64,000 nucleotides of DNA from an uncultured virus (IMG/VR IMGVR_UViG_3300035208_004867) (Duplodnaviria > Heunggongvirae > Uroviricota > Caudoviricetes). Every line of letters begins with the position of its first letter. Position 1 is the stretch's first letter. The stretch lies in IMG/VR virus record IMGVR_UViG_3300035208_004867, one strand, 5' to 3'. This document shows, piece by piece, positions 49,004 through 60,327 of this stretch. The notes below the pieces were generated by a model. It did no database searches. It was not told the DNA's origin and saw nothing but the letters and a program-made list of their open reading frames with translations. The translations under genes were made by a program, and so were the position numbers.

Positions 49004-49585
49004 ATGAGTTTTAAAGACAGACTTATACATGCTTTCCCTGTTGTTTCAGAAATGCTCAGCAGAGATAAGCCTATTGTCAAGCAACAGCTTGTAACCGGTG
49101 CCGTTGCCGGAGATGTCACAGTAAACGGAATTCTTAAAGATGATGAACTTGTGTCGGTTATAGACCTTACAAGTATTGTTGATCTCACATCGGAATTCAG
49201 TGTTACAGGAAGCAATACTATCAATAATAGCGGAGGAACTGCTACCGGAACAGCCGCTGTAAAAGCTACGGGTCAGGTAACGTTTACCCGGTCAGTTACG
49301 ACAGCGGCGGTAACTATACCGTCAGGTACGCAGGTATCTACTACCGGAGGAGTCGTATTTGAGACTACGGCAGATGCGTCAATGGCCATAGGAACGGGTA
49401 CGGTAACAGTAGCAATACAAGCAGTTGTTGCCGGTACAGCCGGAAACGTATCTATAGGGACAATCACGACGATTGTTACTACAGGTTCCGGTGCCGACTC
49501 TGTAACAAACGCCGCCGCTACTACGGGAGGTGCCGCTGCTTCCGGCTACAAAGTGATGGTGACTTATATACCCTGGACAGAGTAA
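49004..49585 (+). CDS. Putative capsid decoration protein with an inserted baseplate-J-type beta domain
   Basis: Follows the capsid gene; central ~90 aa closely match the baseplate J gene at 63.3-63.6 kb. Confidence 0.6.
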   Translation: MSFKDRLIHAFPVVSEMLSRDKPIVKQQLVTGAVAGDVTVNGILKDDELVSVIDLTSIVDLTSEFSVTGSNTINNSGGTATGTAAVKATGQVTFTRSVTTAAVTIPSGTQVSTTGGVVFETTADASMAIGTGTVTVAIQAVVAGTAGNVSIGTITTIVTTGSGADSVTNAAATTGGAAASGYKVMVTYIPWTE

Positions 49586-49833
49586 TTAAAACTAAAGGAT
49601 AAAGGTGAAATATGGCTAAAAAAGAAGAAAACAATCCAGAAGAAGAGGAAAACACAACTTCTCAGACACAGGAAAAAAACAAATTTTATGTTACTTCGGA
49701 TACATTCAAATCTATGGAAATTTCCGGTGTCAACGGATCAAAAATAACTTTTGATGAAAACGGAAAAGCAGAGGTAACGGAAGCTGATTACAAGCGTCTT
49801 TCAACAATGAAAGAATTCAAGCCGGTAAAATAA

Positions 49834-50964
49834 ATGAATGCTACCGCTGTAAATAACTCAGATGTTGTACTTACTCTTACAAACCAGTCCTATATAACCG
49901 GATTTCTTGGTTATGAACTTGAAAGAAGGCTGACAGGAGGAAACTGGTGTGTATGGACCGGTACGGCATGGGTTGACGGCGGTACAGCGTCTTTACTTAC
50001 AACAATTAAATTCACCGACTATACGCTTGCAGCAGGTATTTATCAGTACCGTGCACGGGCAAAGTCGGGAACTGACCCCGCTTTTTCATATACATCTTAT
50101 GAAGAATCAGGATGGATCCGTATTGCAACCGCAGCAGGTACTAAAACCGGATGGACATTCGGCAATTATACACCTGCAGAAGATGAATTCGGACTTATTC
50201 TGACTCCTGATGATTTGCGTTATACATATTTGTGGGGAATTGATTTCAAGGCGTCGAACGGTCAGCTGTACGATGACAACCAGATACAGTTCATGATAGA
50301 TTCAGCGGTAAGAGAATTTGAGCTGGCACTCAATCTTACAATCAAGAAACGTGTCATTAAATGCCGTTCTGATGCAAAAGAAGGGGATGTATATGATGAA
50401 CTTGAGGATCCTTACCGTTATCGCCGTCTTGACTGGAATGTCGGCGGCAGACTGAACACAAAACGAAGACCTATATTATCGGTTGAAGATTTTGTACTAT
50501 ATACAATAACAGACCAGAAAATTCTTGATCTTAAAGACTGGATGCGTGTTAATTATGATAAAGGTGAGATATTTTTCTATCCAAGGGTAGGTCCTATGGG
50601 GACTATAAGAGTTTCCCCAACATTCCTTTCATACAACTATCTTTCTACGGTAGATTATCCTCATGGATACAGATTGTCTTATACTGCCGGATATTCAGAT
50701 TCTTCTAAAGTTCCGTCTGAATTACGGGATATTATCGGTAAGGCAGCAGCATGTAGATTGCTTAATATTATAGGAGACGGTTTGATTGCAGGTTTTGCTT
50801 CCTCAAGTTTAAGTCTTGACGGAATATCAGAATCGTTCAGTAGCACACAGAGTGCAACAAATGCCTATTTCGGGGCTAGAATTCTTGTATATCTCAAGGA
50901 TATTAAGACTTTTCTCGATAGAAACAGATATAAATATCATACATCTTTTGCAGGTGCAATATAA
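49834..50964 (+). CDS. Head completion/adaptor protein with N-terminal FN3-like domain
   Basis: LTPDDLRYTYLWG, YTAGY..VP.ELR..IGK.AA, SLSLDGISESFS. Confidence 0.75.
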   Translation: MNATAVNNSDVVLTLTNQSYITGFLGYELERRLTGGNWCVWTGTAWVDGGTASLLTTIKFTDYTLAAGIYQYRARAKSGTDPAFSYTSYEESGWIRIATAAGTKTGWTFGNYTPAEDEFGLILTPDDLRYTYLWGIDFKASNGQLYDDNQIQFMIDSAVREFELALNLTIKKRVIKCRSDAKEGDVYDELEDPYRYRRLDWNVGGRLNTKRRPILSVEDFVLYTITDQKILDLKDWMRVNYDKGEIFFYPRVGPMGTIRVSPTFLSYNYLSTVDYPHGYRLSYTAGYSDSSKVPSELRDIIGKAAACRLLNIIGDGLIAGFASSSLSLDGISESFSSTQSATNAYFGARILVYLKDIKTFLDRNRYKYHTSFAGAI

Positions 50965-50980
50965 TGTCAGAGGTTTTTTA

Positions 50981-52126
50981 ATGGCTATAACAACCGGACT
51001 TGGAAGAAATTCTCCTATAGTAATAGAATCAAATCCGCAGAACTTTGAAGGATTAATAATCCGTCATGGTCAGTGGGTAAGATGGTCTGTTGCCCATAAG
51101 TGTGGTTGTGCAGATTCCCATAATCAGCCTGATCCGGCATGTACATTATGTAAAGGTGTCGGCTGGCAGTACTCTTTTGATAATAATGAAGAAATAATAG
51201 AATCAGACTGCAAAGCAGTAGATTCGCACACAATAGACCTTATAACCGAAGTGGCAGACGGAACTACTGTAGAATCAGCATATTTACCGGACGGAACTTT
51301 TTTAACCATTGAAGGGGTGTACGGTCAGTGGCTTAAAGTAACAGAGACTCTTTCAGGGCGTGAAACGGTGTTTGTAACTTATAAGTCGCCAAGAGAGGTA
51401 GCGCTCCCTTCAGAAATTGCTTATTATGCCGGAAACGGAATTGTTATGTTCAACGAAAAAGAATTTCTCAATGCAACAATGACAGTTCCTTATGACTTAG
51501 CAGATGTTACAAGCGTGAAAGACAGTTCCGGCAACAGTTTTACAGTAATAAGTTTTTCGGTAGACAGAATTATAATTGATGTTACGAGCAGTGAACCGGC
51601 AGTAGGTGATATTCTTACTGTCAGCGCAAAATATATGCCGCCTTTCAAAGTGGCAATAATCAATCAGAATCTTTCTGTGGTTGACAGGGATGCACTTAAA
51701 GATATCGGCGGAGACAGTATCCTTGTGTTTCCGTATAAATACCGGATTGCACAGGATGACATAATAAGTTGCTGGAATTCTTCTCAGATAAGAAAACATA
51801 TAGTAAGAAGAAATTCGATAAACCTTGAAGATGAACTTCCTGATCATTTTGTAACAGAAATAAGAAGTCTTTACGCAACGAAAGACAGTGTAAATACAGT
51901 GTATACAGAAGGTACACACTTCCAGAGAACAGGACGGGATACGATACGGTGGATTTCTGACACCAGACCGACAGATGGAAGTTATTATGCCGTAGAATAC
52001 GTAGCACTCATGTCATATAGAGTTATTCCTAACCTGCCAAACGTCCGTTCGAGTGAAAACAAGCGGTTCCCGATGCGTGCAGCGCTTAAATTAATGACGG
52101 GAAAATCATCAGGAGACCCACTATGA
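50981..52126 (+). CDS. Neck/head-closure protein
   Basis: W..AHKCGC...PDPACTLCKGVGW; position. Confidence 0.65.
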   Translation: MAITTGLGRNSPIVIESNPQNFEGLIIRHGQWVRWSVAHKCGCADSHNQPDPACTLCKGVGWQYSFDNNEEIIESDCKAVDSHTIDLITEVADGTTVESAYLPDGTFLTIEGVYGQWLKVTETLSGRETVFVTYKSPREVALPSEIAYYAGNGIVMFNEKEFLNATMTVPYDLADVTSVKDSSGNSFTVISFSVDRIIIDVTSSEPAVGDILTVSAKYMPPFKVAIINQNLSVVDRDALKDIGGDSILVFPYKYRIAQDDIISCWNSSQIRKHIVRRNSINLEDELPDHFVTEIRSLYATKDSVNTVYTEGTHFQRTGRDTIRWISDTRPTDGSYYAVEYVALMSYRVIPNLPNVRSSENKRFPMRAALKLMTGKSSGDPL

Positions 52127-53010
52127 TAACAATACAGGCGTCGATAGATTCCGATATTCTCGAAGCAATAGACAGAATGAAACAGTTCAGCATGGGACTG
52201 CCTATGTCTGTAATGTTTCCTAATGCTGCTCAGGCAGTAAAAGCCGGGGCATATGCGATTGCAGAGCAGTGGAAAGCATACGCAGGCGGGGAACCGTTAC
52301 CGTCAGGTGATAAAATAAAAAATCCGTCAGGTGGATATGCTGCCGGGGTTGCCGTAAAACAGAACGGTATGTGGGATTATACAATTTACAATCATTCTGA
52401 TGTTGCAGACTGGCTTGAAAACGGTACACAGGCGGTAGACTTCAAACAGACACATCCGTACGGGCCGCGGGGAAGAGTCGCAAAGAAAAAAATACCAAAG
52501 AAGGAAGGTGGCGGATACAGGTATGTTCCATATCTTATTGTTCCTGTCAGATGGGGAACGCCTAAAAGCGGAGCACGGATAGGAATAAAAAATATTATTC
52601 CGGAACAAATTTATAACAGGTTACGAACAGAAATGAGAAAAGGGACTTTCAAGAAAACTATAGTTCTTGAAGGTGATAAATATACAAGTAATTTCTGGGG
52701 AGAATTGCAGAAACGTTCTTCCTATTCATGGGGAAGCCGGTTACAGGGAGATGCTTTTGAAGGTGTAGAAAATTCACTGAATACAGGTACACCATATATA
52801 AGCGGTATGGTAAAAATGCAGGGTGCAGGATACATGACTTTTCGTGTAATATCTGCCGACTCACCTAAGAATTCATGGATAAAACCGGCAACAAAAGGTA
52901 TGCAGATAGCAAAACAGACCGCAGATTTCATGACGGGTAAAGTGGATAAAATGGTTAACGAGGCGTTTAACGTTGATTTAAAAAATGCTTTCGGGGAGAC
53001 GTCAGAATAA
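52123..53010 (+). CDS. Neck/tail completion protein
   Basis: LENGT..DFK, YLIVP, YMTFRVIS..SP.NSWI.P. Confidence 0.65.
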   Translation: MITIQASIDSDILEAIDRMKQFSMGLPMSVMFPNAAQAVKAGAYAIAEQWKAYAGGEPLPSGDKIKNPSGGYAAGVAVKQNGMWDYTIYNHSDVADWLENGTQAVDFKQTHPYGPRGRVAKKKIPKKEGGGYRYVPYLIVPVRWGTPKSGARIGIKNIIPEQIYNRLRTEMRKGTFKKTIVLEGDKYTSNFWGELQKRSSYSWGSRLQGDAFEGVENSLNTGTPYISGMVKMQGAGYMTFRVISADSPKNSWIKPATKGMQIAKQTADFMTGKVDKMVNEAFNVDLKNAFGETSE

Positions 53011-53717
53011 TGGCAATATATATAATGACTAAAGTTCCTGTTACAGAGGAACTTCTGAAGGACAACTTCTCAACTTATCTGAACACAAACATTAAATGGG
53101 GAGAACAGTATCCGAATTTCAAGAATATAAACATATCAAATGATCATCCGTTTGAGCAGATACTTGGCGGACCGGATGGTTCTGTACGTCCAGATCTTTT
53201 TCCTTCAGTTACAATAATCTCATCAAATGACGGTGAAGTGCCCGGTATGGGAAAGAACTGGGAGATTGCAGAACTGGATAAAGGTGATATAGATGACAGT
53301 TTTGAAAAAAAAGACTGGTATCTGTCTGCAACGGCACTTACTGCGGTAAAAGCATACCTTGCAGCTAACAATATGCTGTACGGAATACAACACACGACAA
53401 CATGGCGTGACAATATTTCTTTTGAAATATGGGCGGAAAATCTACGGATTAAAAACGATTTGTACAATCTGATTTTAGGTTATTTAACCGGACCGGAAAT
53501 GATACAATTGCATAAAGACACAAATATTGTAATATTTACAAATACAATTCAGGGGCAGCGCAGCGGATATTATAATTTTGATGTTGCAGGAAGAACGTTA
53601 TATGGTGCGAGATTTACCATGAGTGTAGATTATCCGGTGCTGCAGGTATCATATGACACAACAGTAAAAAGTAAGGAAATTATAGGAAAACTTATTGGGG
53701 AGGTTAAAAATGGCTAA
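53010..53717 (+). CDS. Putative tail terminator
   Basis: Position before the sheath gene; FPSVTI motif. Confidence 0.5.
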   Translation: MAIYIMTKVPVTEELLKDNFSTYLNTNIKWGEQYPNFKNINISNDHPFEQILGGPDGSVRPDLFPSVTIISSNDGEVPGMGKNWEIAELDKGDIDDSFEKKDWYLSATALTAVKAYLAANNMLYGIQHTTTWRDNISFEIWAENLRIKNDLYNLILGYLTGPEMIQLHKDTNIVIFTNTIQGQRSGYYNFDVAGRTLYGARFTMSVDYPVLQVSYDTTVKSKEIIGKLIGEVKNG

Positions 53718-53905
53718 AGAAGAAAAAGTTACAGAAATTCCTTCTTACATAACAAAATATCTTGAGACCAGATCAGATATTTCAGAAATGATGAAGAAAG
53801 TCTTATGTAAATTGTATAAAGGTGAGCTGCATACTGTTGCAGAATGGAAAGAAATTATTGACAGACGGATTGAAAAACCGGCTGTTTAATTGGAGGTAAA
53901 TAAAA

Positions 53906-55633
53906 ATGGGTGTAAGTCCTGTAGTATTTGAGACGGCCGGCCAGAGAACGCAACATTATATTCCCGGCGTATATACAAGAAATGCTTTTATCAAGGGAAG
54001 CGGTGGAGGAGTCTCTGCAAATGTAGGTGTTATACTTGGTCCGTCCAAAGGCGGTACACCTGATACACTGCTGCAGTTTGCATCTCCATCAGAAGCGAAA
54101 GCAACACTGCTTGATGGCGATCTGTTGCGCGGCGTATATTTTGCATTCAATCCCGGTGCAAGTCTTGTCCCGCAGTATGTTTATGCAATGAGAATTAATG
54201 CCGGATCACAATCTTCAGGAACAATGAAAGACAGCGTACCAGCTATCCAGATTTCATTGACTTCTGTGGATTATGGTGTCCATACAAACAGCATATCAAG
54301 AAAGTTTGAAGCAGGAAGTACTCTGGGAACATACAAGATAACAATCAAATATGGTAATACCGATACTGAATCATGGGATGATATAACACATCCGTCTTTC
54401 TCAGTACAGTACACAGGCAGCGGTACAGCTTGTGTTATGACACTTACTACATCCGGAATAACTACAACAGTAGACAGTGTGGCTGATCAGAGTATAAGCT
54501 TTGATACTTACACAACTGTACAGGATTTAGTTGATTATATAAATACACTGACTAACTATCAGGCCACTCTTGTAACCGGTGACGGATCTGAAAAAACAGT
54601 GGAACTTGATACAGTAACTTCTTCCGATATTAAAACAGCAGCGTATACAGTACATGCCGATTTAATGGAAATTATCGACACAATCAATCAGTCTGCTTAT
54701 GTGACTGCCGCACATCCTTCTGCTACTACAACGAGAATTGTTCCTGCCGTTGATACAGCTTATGTTTATCTTTCCGGGGGAACTTCCGGTACACAGACAT
54801 CTACCGACTATGAGAATGCACTTACGGCACTTGAAACAGAAGATGCCTCAATGATAGCAACTACATCTACAGATGAAGCTGTACATCTTCTTATTCAGCA
54901 GCACTGTGAAAGTATGTCAGGTACAACCGGCAAGCATGAACGTATGTTCTGGGTTGGAGGCTCTTCGGGTGAAACGGTTGCCGCAACTATAACCAGAGCT
55001 AAAAACCTCAGCTCGGAATACGGTAATCTTTGTTTTCCCGGATTTACCGCATATGATCCTGTTGATACTGACAATGGAATATCCACTTGGTCCTGTGCAA
55101 TGTATGCCTGTAAACTTATCGGGCAGGAGATGGCAGTCTCCGTCAACGAACCTCTTACTAATAAACAGATAAGTGTACTGTCATGGGAAAAGACATTAAC
55201 AAAGACGGAAACAGAAAAACTTATTGCAGGCGGTGTTACAGCAGGTGCGAAAGATGATTCCGGAAACTTTATCACGGTCAGGGCTGTAACAACCTATCAA
55301 GGAGATCTTCTGCAGAAGAATGAACGTTCTATGATGCGTGAAGCTTTATATATGTCAAAAGATTTCCGTGCAGCGTTTGCCGGTGATATAGGCCGTCCTC
55401 AGTCAGCAGTTGATACAGGAACCATATCAAGTGTGCTTAAATCAAAGGCTGTGTCTTGGAAAAATTCAGGATATATAGTCAAGGGAACAGATCATGACTT
55501 GATATGGGGTATAACTATGACAGAAGACGGGGATGCTCTTTTTGTTGAGTATCATGTATATCTTACAGCACCCAGAAACTTTATTTTCGGCACGGCTAAC
55601 CTTCACGTATTGAGTGAAACGGTTGCTTTGTAA
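53906..55633 (+). CDS. Tail sheath protein
   Basis: IPGVY, GPSKGG.P, LSGGTSG, EPLTNK, VRAVTTY. Confidence 0.92.
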   Translation: MGVSPVVFETAGQRTQHYIPGVYTRNAFIKGSGGGVSANVGVILGPSKGGTPDTLLQFASPSEAKATLLDGDLLRGVYFAFNPGASLVPQYVYAMRINAGSQSSGTMKDSVPAIQISLTSVDYGVHTNSISRKFEAGSTLGTYKITIKYGNTDTESWDDITHPSFSVQYTGSGTACVMTLTTSGITTTVDSVADQSISFDTYTTVQDLVDYINTLTNYQATLVTGDGSEKTVELDTVTSSDIKTAAYTVHADLMEIIDTINQSAYVTAAHPSATTTRIVPAVDTAYVYLSGGTSGTQTSTDYENALTALETEDASMIATTSTDEAVHLLIQQHCESMSGTTGKHERMFWVGGSSGETVAATITRAKNLSSEYGNLCFPGFTAYDPVDTDNGISTWSCAMYACKLIGQEMAVSVNEPLTNKQISVLSWEKTLTKTETEKLIAGGVTAGAKDDSGNFITVRAVTTYQGDLLQKNERSMMREALYMSKDFRAAFAGDIGRPQSAVDTGTISSVLKSKAVSWKNSGYIVKGTDHDLIWGITMTEDGDALFVEYHVYLTAPRNFIFGTANLHVLSETVAL

Positions 55634-55655
55634 TGATGAACAGGAGGAATAAATA

Positions 55656-56135
55656 ATGGCTTTACCTACAGCTACAACTAAAATAATCGCAGGCGGCGCA
55701 TGGTGTCAGGTGCGTATCAGGGAAGCATCCGGCGGGACTCTGAAGGTCATAGGACTTGCAACTGAAGCATCTTACAGTGAAGATTTCCAGCTTCAGCCGG
55801 CGGCCGTCATAGGATATCTTGGTCCTGCATCTATAGATTCTCAGGGATATACATGCTCTATTACAATAGGGACTTTCGTTCCTGAAAACAAGGCAAGTAC
55901 AGGATATCCGGGAGCCGGTGACACGACACTGACCGATCTTCTTTCTACAAGAAGTGAGGTACAGGAAGCAGGAAAAGGGAAAACCTTTGATTATCTTGAT
56001 TTTTACAACACAGCCACAGGAGAAGTCATAAACGCTTTCTCTCAGGCAATAATATCTTCTGACGGATCAAGAATTGCGCCGAACAGTTATGTGTCACAGA
56101 ACATAACTTTACTTTCTATCGAAAGGACGGTATAA
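55656..56135 (+). CDS. Tail tube protein
   Basis: 159 aa directly after the sheath; SEDFQLQP..VIG. Confidence 0.8.
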   Translation: MALPTATTKIIAGGAWCQVRIREASGGTLKVIGLATEASYSEDFQLQPAAVIGYLGPASIDSQGYTCSITIGTFVPENKASTGYPGAGDTTLTDLLSTRSEVQEAGKGKTFDYLDFYNTATGEVINAFSQAIISSDGSRIAPNSYVSQNITLLSIERTV

Positions 56136-56159
56136 TTTCATATCTAAATTTGAACAGAG

Positions 56160-56898
56160 GTGGAATTTATGGAAGTAAAGAAAGGTTTTTCAATCGGAAA
56201 ATTATTTGAACAGAAACCTGCAGAAGAAACTCTGAAAAACAGCAGTGAGAAACCTGTTATTCAGGTCAAAGAAGATATTATAGGAAAACTGCTCAGTGGT
56301 GATCCTGTTAATAAAAAAATTGATACCTGTTATGGTGAATTTGAATTCAGGTACCCGTCAGGAAGTGATTCAATCAACATTGCCAGACGGAGATCTGAAT
56401 ATATGGGGGATCATCCTCAGAATACTTTTGACGACGGAATGCTTTATCAGTTCCAGAAATGGGCAACTCTTGATGTTCTTATTTCAAAAGTCCCGGAAAA
56501 ATTCAAGGAGGTATCTACGTGGGCTGATTTTCCTGATCAGGAGACTGCTGATGAGGTTTTCAACACAGGCATTACGTTTTGCTCAGGAATTCGGGAAAAA
56601 ATTAAAAACAATCGATCTGGAAAATCTGAGTCAGCAGACAAATCAGGAAACAATTGAGAAATTATGGATATGTGAGCATTTTAAGTTGTTGCCTACGGAT
56701 AAAAGAGTTACAGATCTTACAGAAGACCAGATTTCAATTATCATAAGCAATTATCTGAATATGGTTCCCGAAGATGAAATGAAAAAAGAATACTGGAAGC
56801 ATCGAGTTAATAAAGCTCCGGATCCAGACTTGCTTTTAAACATAGGATACAGCAAGCAGCAGATTGATAAAATAACAAAGGAAATAAACAATGCCTGA
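56160..56898 (+). CDS. Tail assembly chaperone pair (56160..56657 plus +1-frame extension to 56898)
   Basis: Two overlapping frames between the tube and tape measure genes. Confidence 0.65.
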
Positions 56899-58822
56899 TA
56901 TAAGATATCATGTAGATGTAGACACCAGCGGTATGAAAAATGCCGCAAATGATTTTGACAGTTTCAAGCAGAAAATTTCCGATGTTATGGGTGTTACAGA
57001 TCCCGGCAAAGTTGAGCAGTTCTGGGATGAATATAACTCAGGGCTTGAAAACCAGTTAAAAACCCTTGACAAGATAGAAAGTCTCAGAGCGAAGCAGACA
57101 AGAAATACCAATTTATCGTCTTCTGATGGAACTAACTGGGCGCATAATATTTTTTCTTTCGGACATACAGTGGGAGGACTTGCCGGCGGAGTAACGAGGG
57201 ATGCGGCAGGTGCCGTTGTAGGAGCCGGTGGTGATATTTTCAGTGACATATCAAAGATGTGGAAAGATTTGCCGATGCCTGCAAAAATTGCGATGGGAGG
57301 AGCAGGCGCCGTTATAGGGACTGGATTTGCCGGTAATGAGTTGTCAAAACAGTACGAAAACGTAGCGCCACAGGTTATATCTGCTACAGCAGCACTTGGG
57401 AGATTTGGAGAAACAGCAAAAGAACAGTCTGAGAATTTCCGTACGACGATGCGGAGCATTACAAATGTTTCAGCAGAATATGGATACAAGATAACTCAGG
57501 GAGCGCAGACAATAGAATCACTTATGCGCGGCGGTACTCAGTCGGGAGCTGCCACAGGATTAAGTGAAGACGTTATGCGTCAGTCACGGTCTTTAGGGTA
57601 TGCTTCTCCTCTTGCAAGTCTTACATCATTATCAGCTATTGGAAGCAGGTTTGGACTTGCAGGTAATTTATCGAATTATGCGCTTGGAAGTGCAGGAAAA
57701 ACGGTAGGATGGGCAAGAACTGATGAGCAGGCTCAGGCTTTATTGTCCATGCTTCAGGGTAATGTTTCCGGAGGTGTAAATCTTACAAACGAAAATGTAA
57801 AAACCATGGTTCAGGCTCAGAACTGGTTATACGGAGCATTCGGAGAAAGAGCTGCAGGGCAGGGCGGAGCCGCAATGTATCAGAACCTTTCAGGAGCACA
57901 GGCAGGCGCAACTTCTTTAAGTTCAAGCGGAAGTATGCTTCTTTACGAATCTGCAAGAAAACCCGGGGAAAATTATACTGACACGATGTCAAGACTGGAG
58001 TCCGGTTTCAGTCCGAAGATATTTGATCAGTACAGAAAATCAATATCAGGATCATCAAACACAGAGCAGATAGAACTTGTAAGACAGGCATACGGAGTTA
58101 ATTATACAGTTGCAAGAGATATGCTCAGTGCTAAAAGTGCCGATGATATTGCGAAAGTTTACAAGGCAACGAGCGGGCCGGGGACGGAAATTAAAAATAC
58201 AACAGAAGTGGATATATTAAAATATCAGGAGCAGATTGCAGGAGATGTACGTAATATTGCTACAGGAACTTCTGACGTTAAGTCAGGCGTACTCAGAGGA
58301 GTAAGTGCTATAACAAGTCTTGCCGGTAACAGAGACGGAACATATGAAAGTTTAATAAGCGGCAAAAATGAAACTACAGTAGAAGAAAGGGAAGTTACCG
58401 CAAGAAAAAACGCCATGAAAAGAGCCGGATATGTAGATGATAAATTTATGAGCAGCAACTTCGGTAGTCTTTCAGCTGCAAATGCTGCCCTTACCGGAAA
58501 GGGAGGAGATGTGAAATCAGCCTCTATGTGGCTATATTCTCGGTATGGATTAAATACAAATGATGCACGGGATGATATTCAGTTAATAAATAGCGCCTTG
58601 CAAAACAAATATTTTGTAAGACTGGCGACAGAAAAAGATCCAAATTTCATGAACAGAATTGCTGATATTAATAATCAGGAAAAAACAGACTGGTCTGCAA
58701 AAGAAATAAAACAAGCAGCATCAGAGATAGAAAAAGAAGCCGGAGCTGTAGGAATGTTAAATCAGATATTAAATGAACTTAAAACAGCCAACAATAGCCC
58801 TGTTGTTATAAGGAAAAGATAA
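56891..58822 (+). CDS. Tape measure protein
   Basis: Ala/Gly/Ser-rich helical protein after the chaperones. Confidence 0.75.
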   Translation: MPDIRYHVDVDTSGMKNAANDFDSFKQKISDVMGVTDPGKVEQFWDEYNSGLENQLKTLDKIESLRAKQTRNTNLSSSDGTNWAHNIFSFGHTVGGLAGGVTRDAAGAVVGAGGDIFSDISKMWKDLPMPAKIAMGGAGAVIGTGFAGNELSKQYENVAPQVISATAALGRFGETAKEQSENFRTTMRSITNVSAEYGYKITQGAQTIESLMRGGTQSGAATGLSEDVMRQSRSLGYASPLASLTSLSAIGSRFGLAGNLSNYALGSAGKTVGWARTDEQAQALLSMLQGNVSGGVNLTNENVKTMVQAQNWLYGAFGERAAGQGGAAMYQNLSGAQAGATSLSSSGSMLLYESARKPGENYTDTMSRLESGFSPKIFDQYRKSISGSSNTEQIELVRQAYGVNYTVARDMLSAKSADDIAKVYKATSGPGTEIKNTTEVDILKYQEQIAGDVRNIATGTSDVKSGVLRGVSAITSLAGNRDGTYESLISGKNETTVEEREVTARKNAMKRAGYVDDKFMSSNFGSLSAANAALTGKGGDVKSASMWLYSRYGLNTNDARDDIQLINSALQNKYFVRLATEKDPNFMNRIADINNQEKTDWSAKEIKQAASEIEKEAGAVGMLNQILNELKTANNSPVVIRKR

Positions 58823-60327
58823 TGAGAAGTTATAAAAGAACGCCTGAATTTGTTGTTTCCGTTGTCCGTCCGAATTATTTTTCTGCGGATGATTATGCTG
58901 AAACTTCTGTTGCCCAGTTCAATTCAGACGCAACTAATAATGTTCTTGTAGATTACAGATACAGAAATGAAATAGAATCGTTCTCGTCTGATTTCTCTAT
59001 GACACTTTTACCGGCTTTTGTAGGCAACAGCAAAAAGACAGCCATGGACTATTTTCTTGTCAATGATGTTGTTAAAATATATGAATTCAAGAAACTTAAA
59101 TACGTAGGAATAATAAAATCTCTTAAATACAATGCACGTATGGACGGGGATAAACCAGAAAGAACGATAGTTGTATCAGGATACGGAGTCGGAGGTATAA
59201 TAGAGAATTTTTCTCTGACTCTTGACAATATTGTACTTGCATCGGCAAAGACAAATTTAGACTCCATAAATAATTCTTTAATTACCAAACTTGCATCATA
59301 TCATGCTGCCGGATCTTCCATGCAGTCAATATTAAGCACAATAAAAGATGCTTATAAAACTGTTATTGCTGATCTCGCCGGATTTACAGAAGGAGAAGGG
59401 ATATGGAAAGTAGTAGATCAGTATCTTGTTTTCTCTTCTGTTTACTCAAACATGTATATGAAGTATCCTTTTTCCGGTTCTCTTTTTAGTTATGACGGGA
59501 ATACACTTAAAGGCATATGGGATATGCTCGTATGTAAACCTTTACAGGAATTCTTCATCAGATGGGAACCTGTACAGAAAAAATATGTGATAATTCTTCG
59601 GCCTACACCTTTCTCACCGGATGCATGGATGAATCTTAATATAACAACACTTGATCCTTTATATTATGATGATACGGAACTTGAGTTTTCTATAGATGAA
59701 ATTAAAACATGGTTTTTTGCATATATGTCAGGAAGTTCCGACCCATACGAAGTAGCAAGAGTTACTTATAAAAACGGGATCATATGGCCAAAAAGTTCAT
59801 CTTTGTCATCTTATGATAAAACGGTTTTACAAAAAAAATGGATGATGTACGGATATAAGCCGCTGGAAGTCTCTTTTAGATTTTGTGACATCGGGGTTCT
59901 TTCTGACAATAAAAATAAAATAACAATTCCAAAAAGCGGAATAAAAGGGGACGTATTCCCCGGCGGAAAAACAGTAACAGATGAGCAGCTGATGTCGGCG
60001 TATTCAAAGCAACTTTTTGACTGGTATAAAAGGATGGACGAGATGCTCAAAGGGACGATAGCGGGTATGACAATGGAAGATTCTCCTCTCGCCGGAGAAA
60101 GAATATACTGGCATGGAGCACAGTTTTATGTTGAGTCTGTAGAAGGAAGCTGGACATACGGCGGTGAAATGAGGACAACACTGCGCGTTACAAGGGGTGG
60201 TATATATAACTCTAATTTTAGTTCCGGCTCAGATGAGTCTGACAAAAACTGGTTTTTCAGAAAACTTGAAAAAACAGGGAATAAAATAGGAACAACAGCA
60301 GTTGAGATGCAGGACAACGGTGTATGA
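58822..60327 (+). CDS. Baseplate hub protein
   Basis: Position; LRPTPF, FYVESVEGSW..GG.MRTTL.VTRG. Confidence 0.75.
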   Translation: MRSYKRTPEFVVSVVRPNYFSADDYAETSVAQFNSDATNNVLVDYRYRNEIESFSSDFSMTLLPAFVGNSKKTAMDYFLVNDVVKIYEFKKLKYVGIIKSLKYNARMDGDKPERTIVVSGYGVGGIIENFSLTLDNIVLASAKTNLDSINNSLITKLASYHAAGSSMQSILSTIKDAYKTVIADLAGFTEGEGIWKVVDQYLVFSSVYSNMYMKYPFSGSLFSYDGNTLKGIWDMLVCKPLQEFFIRWEPVQKKYVIILRPTPFSPDAWMNLNITTLDPLYYDDTELEFSIDEIKTWFFAYMSGSSDPYEVARVTYKNGIIWPKSSSLSSYDKTVLQKKWMMYGYKPLEVSFRFCDIGVLSDNKNKITIPKSGIKGDVFPGGKTVTDEQLMSAYSKQLFDWYKRMDEMLKGTIAGMTMEDSPLAGERIYWHGAQFYVESVEGSWTYGGEMRTTLRVTRGGIYNSNFSSGSDESDKNWFFRKLEKTGNKIGTTAVEMQDNGV

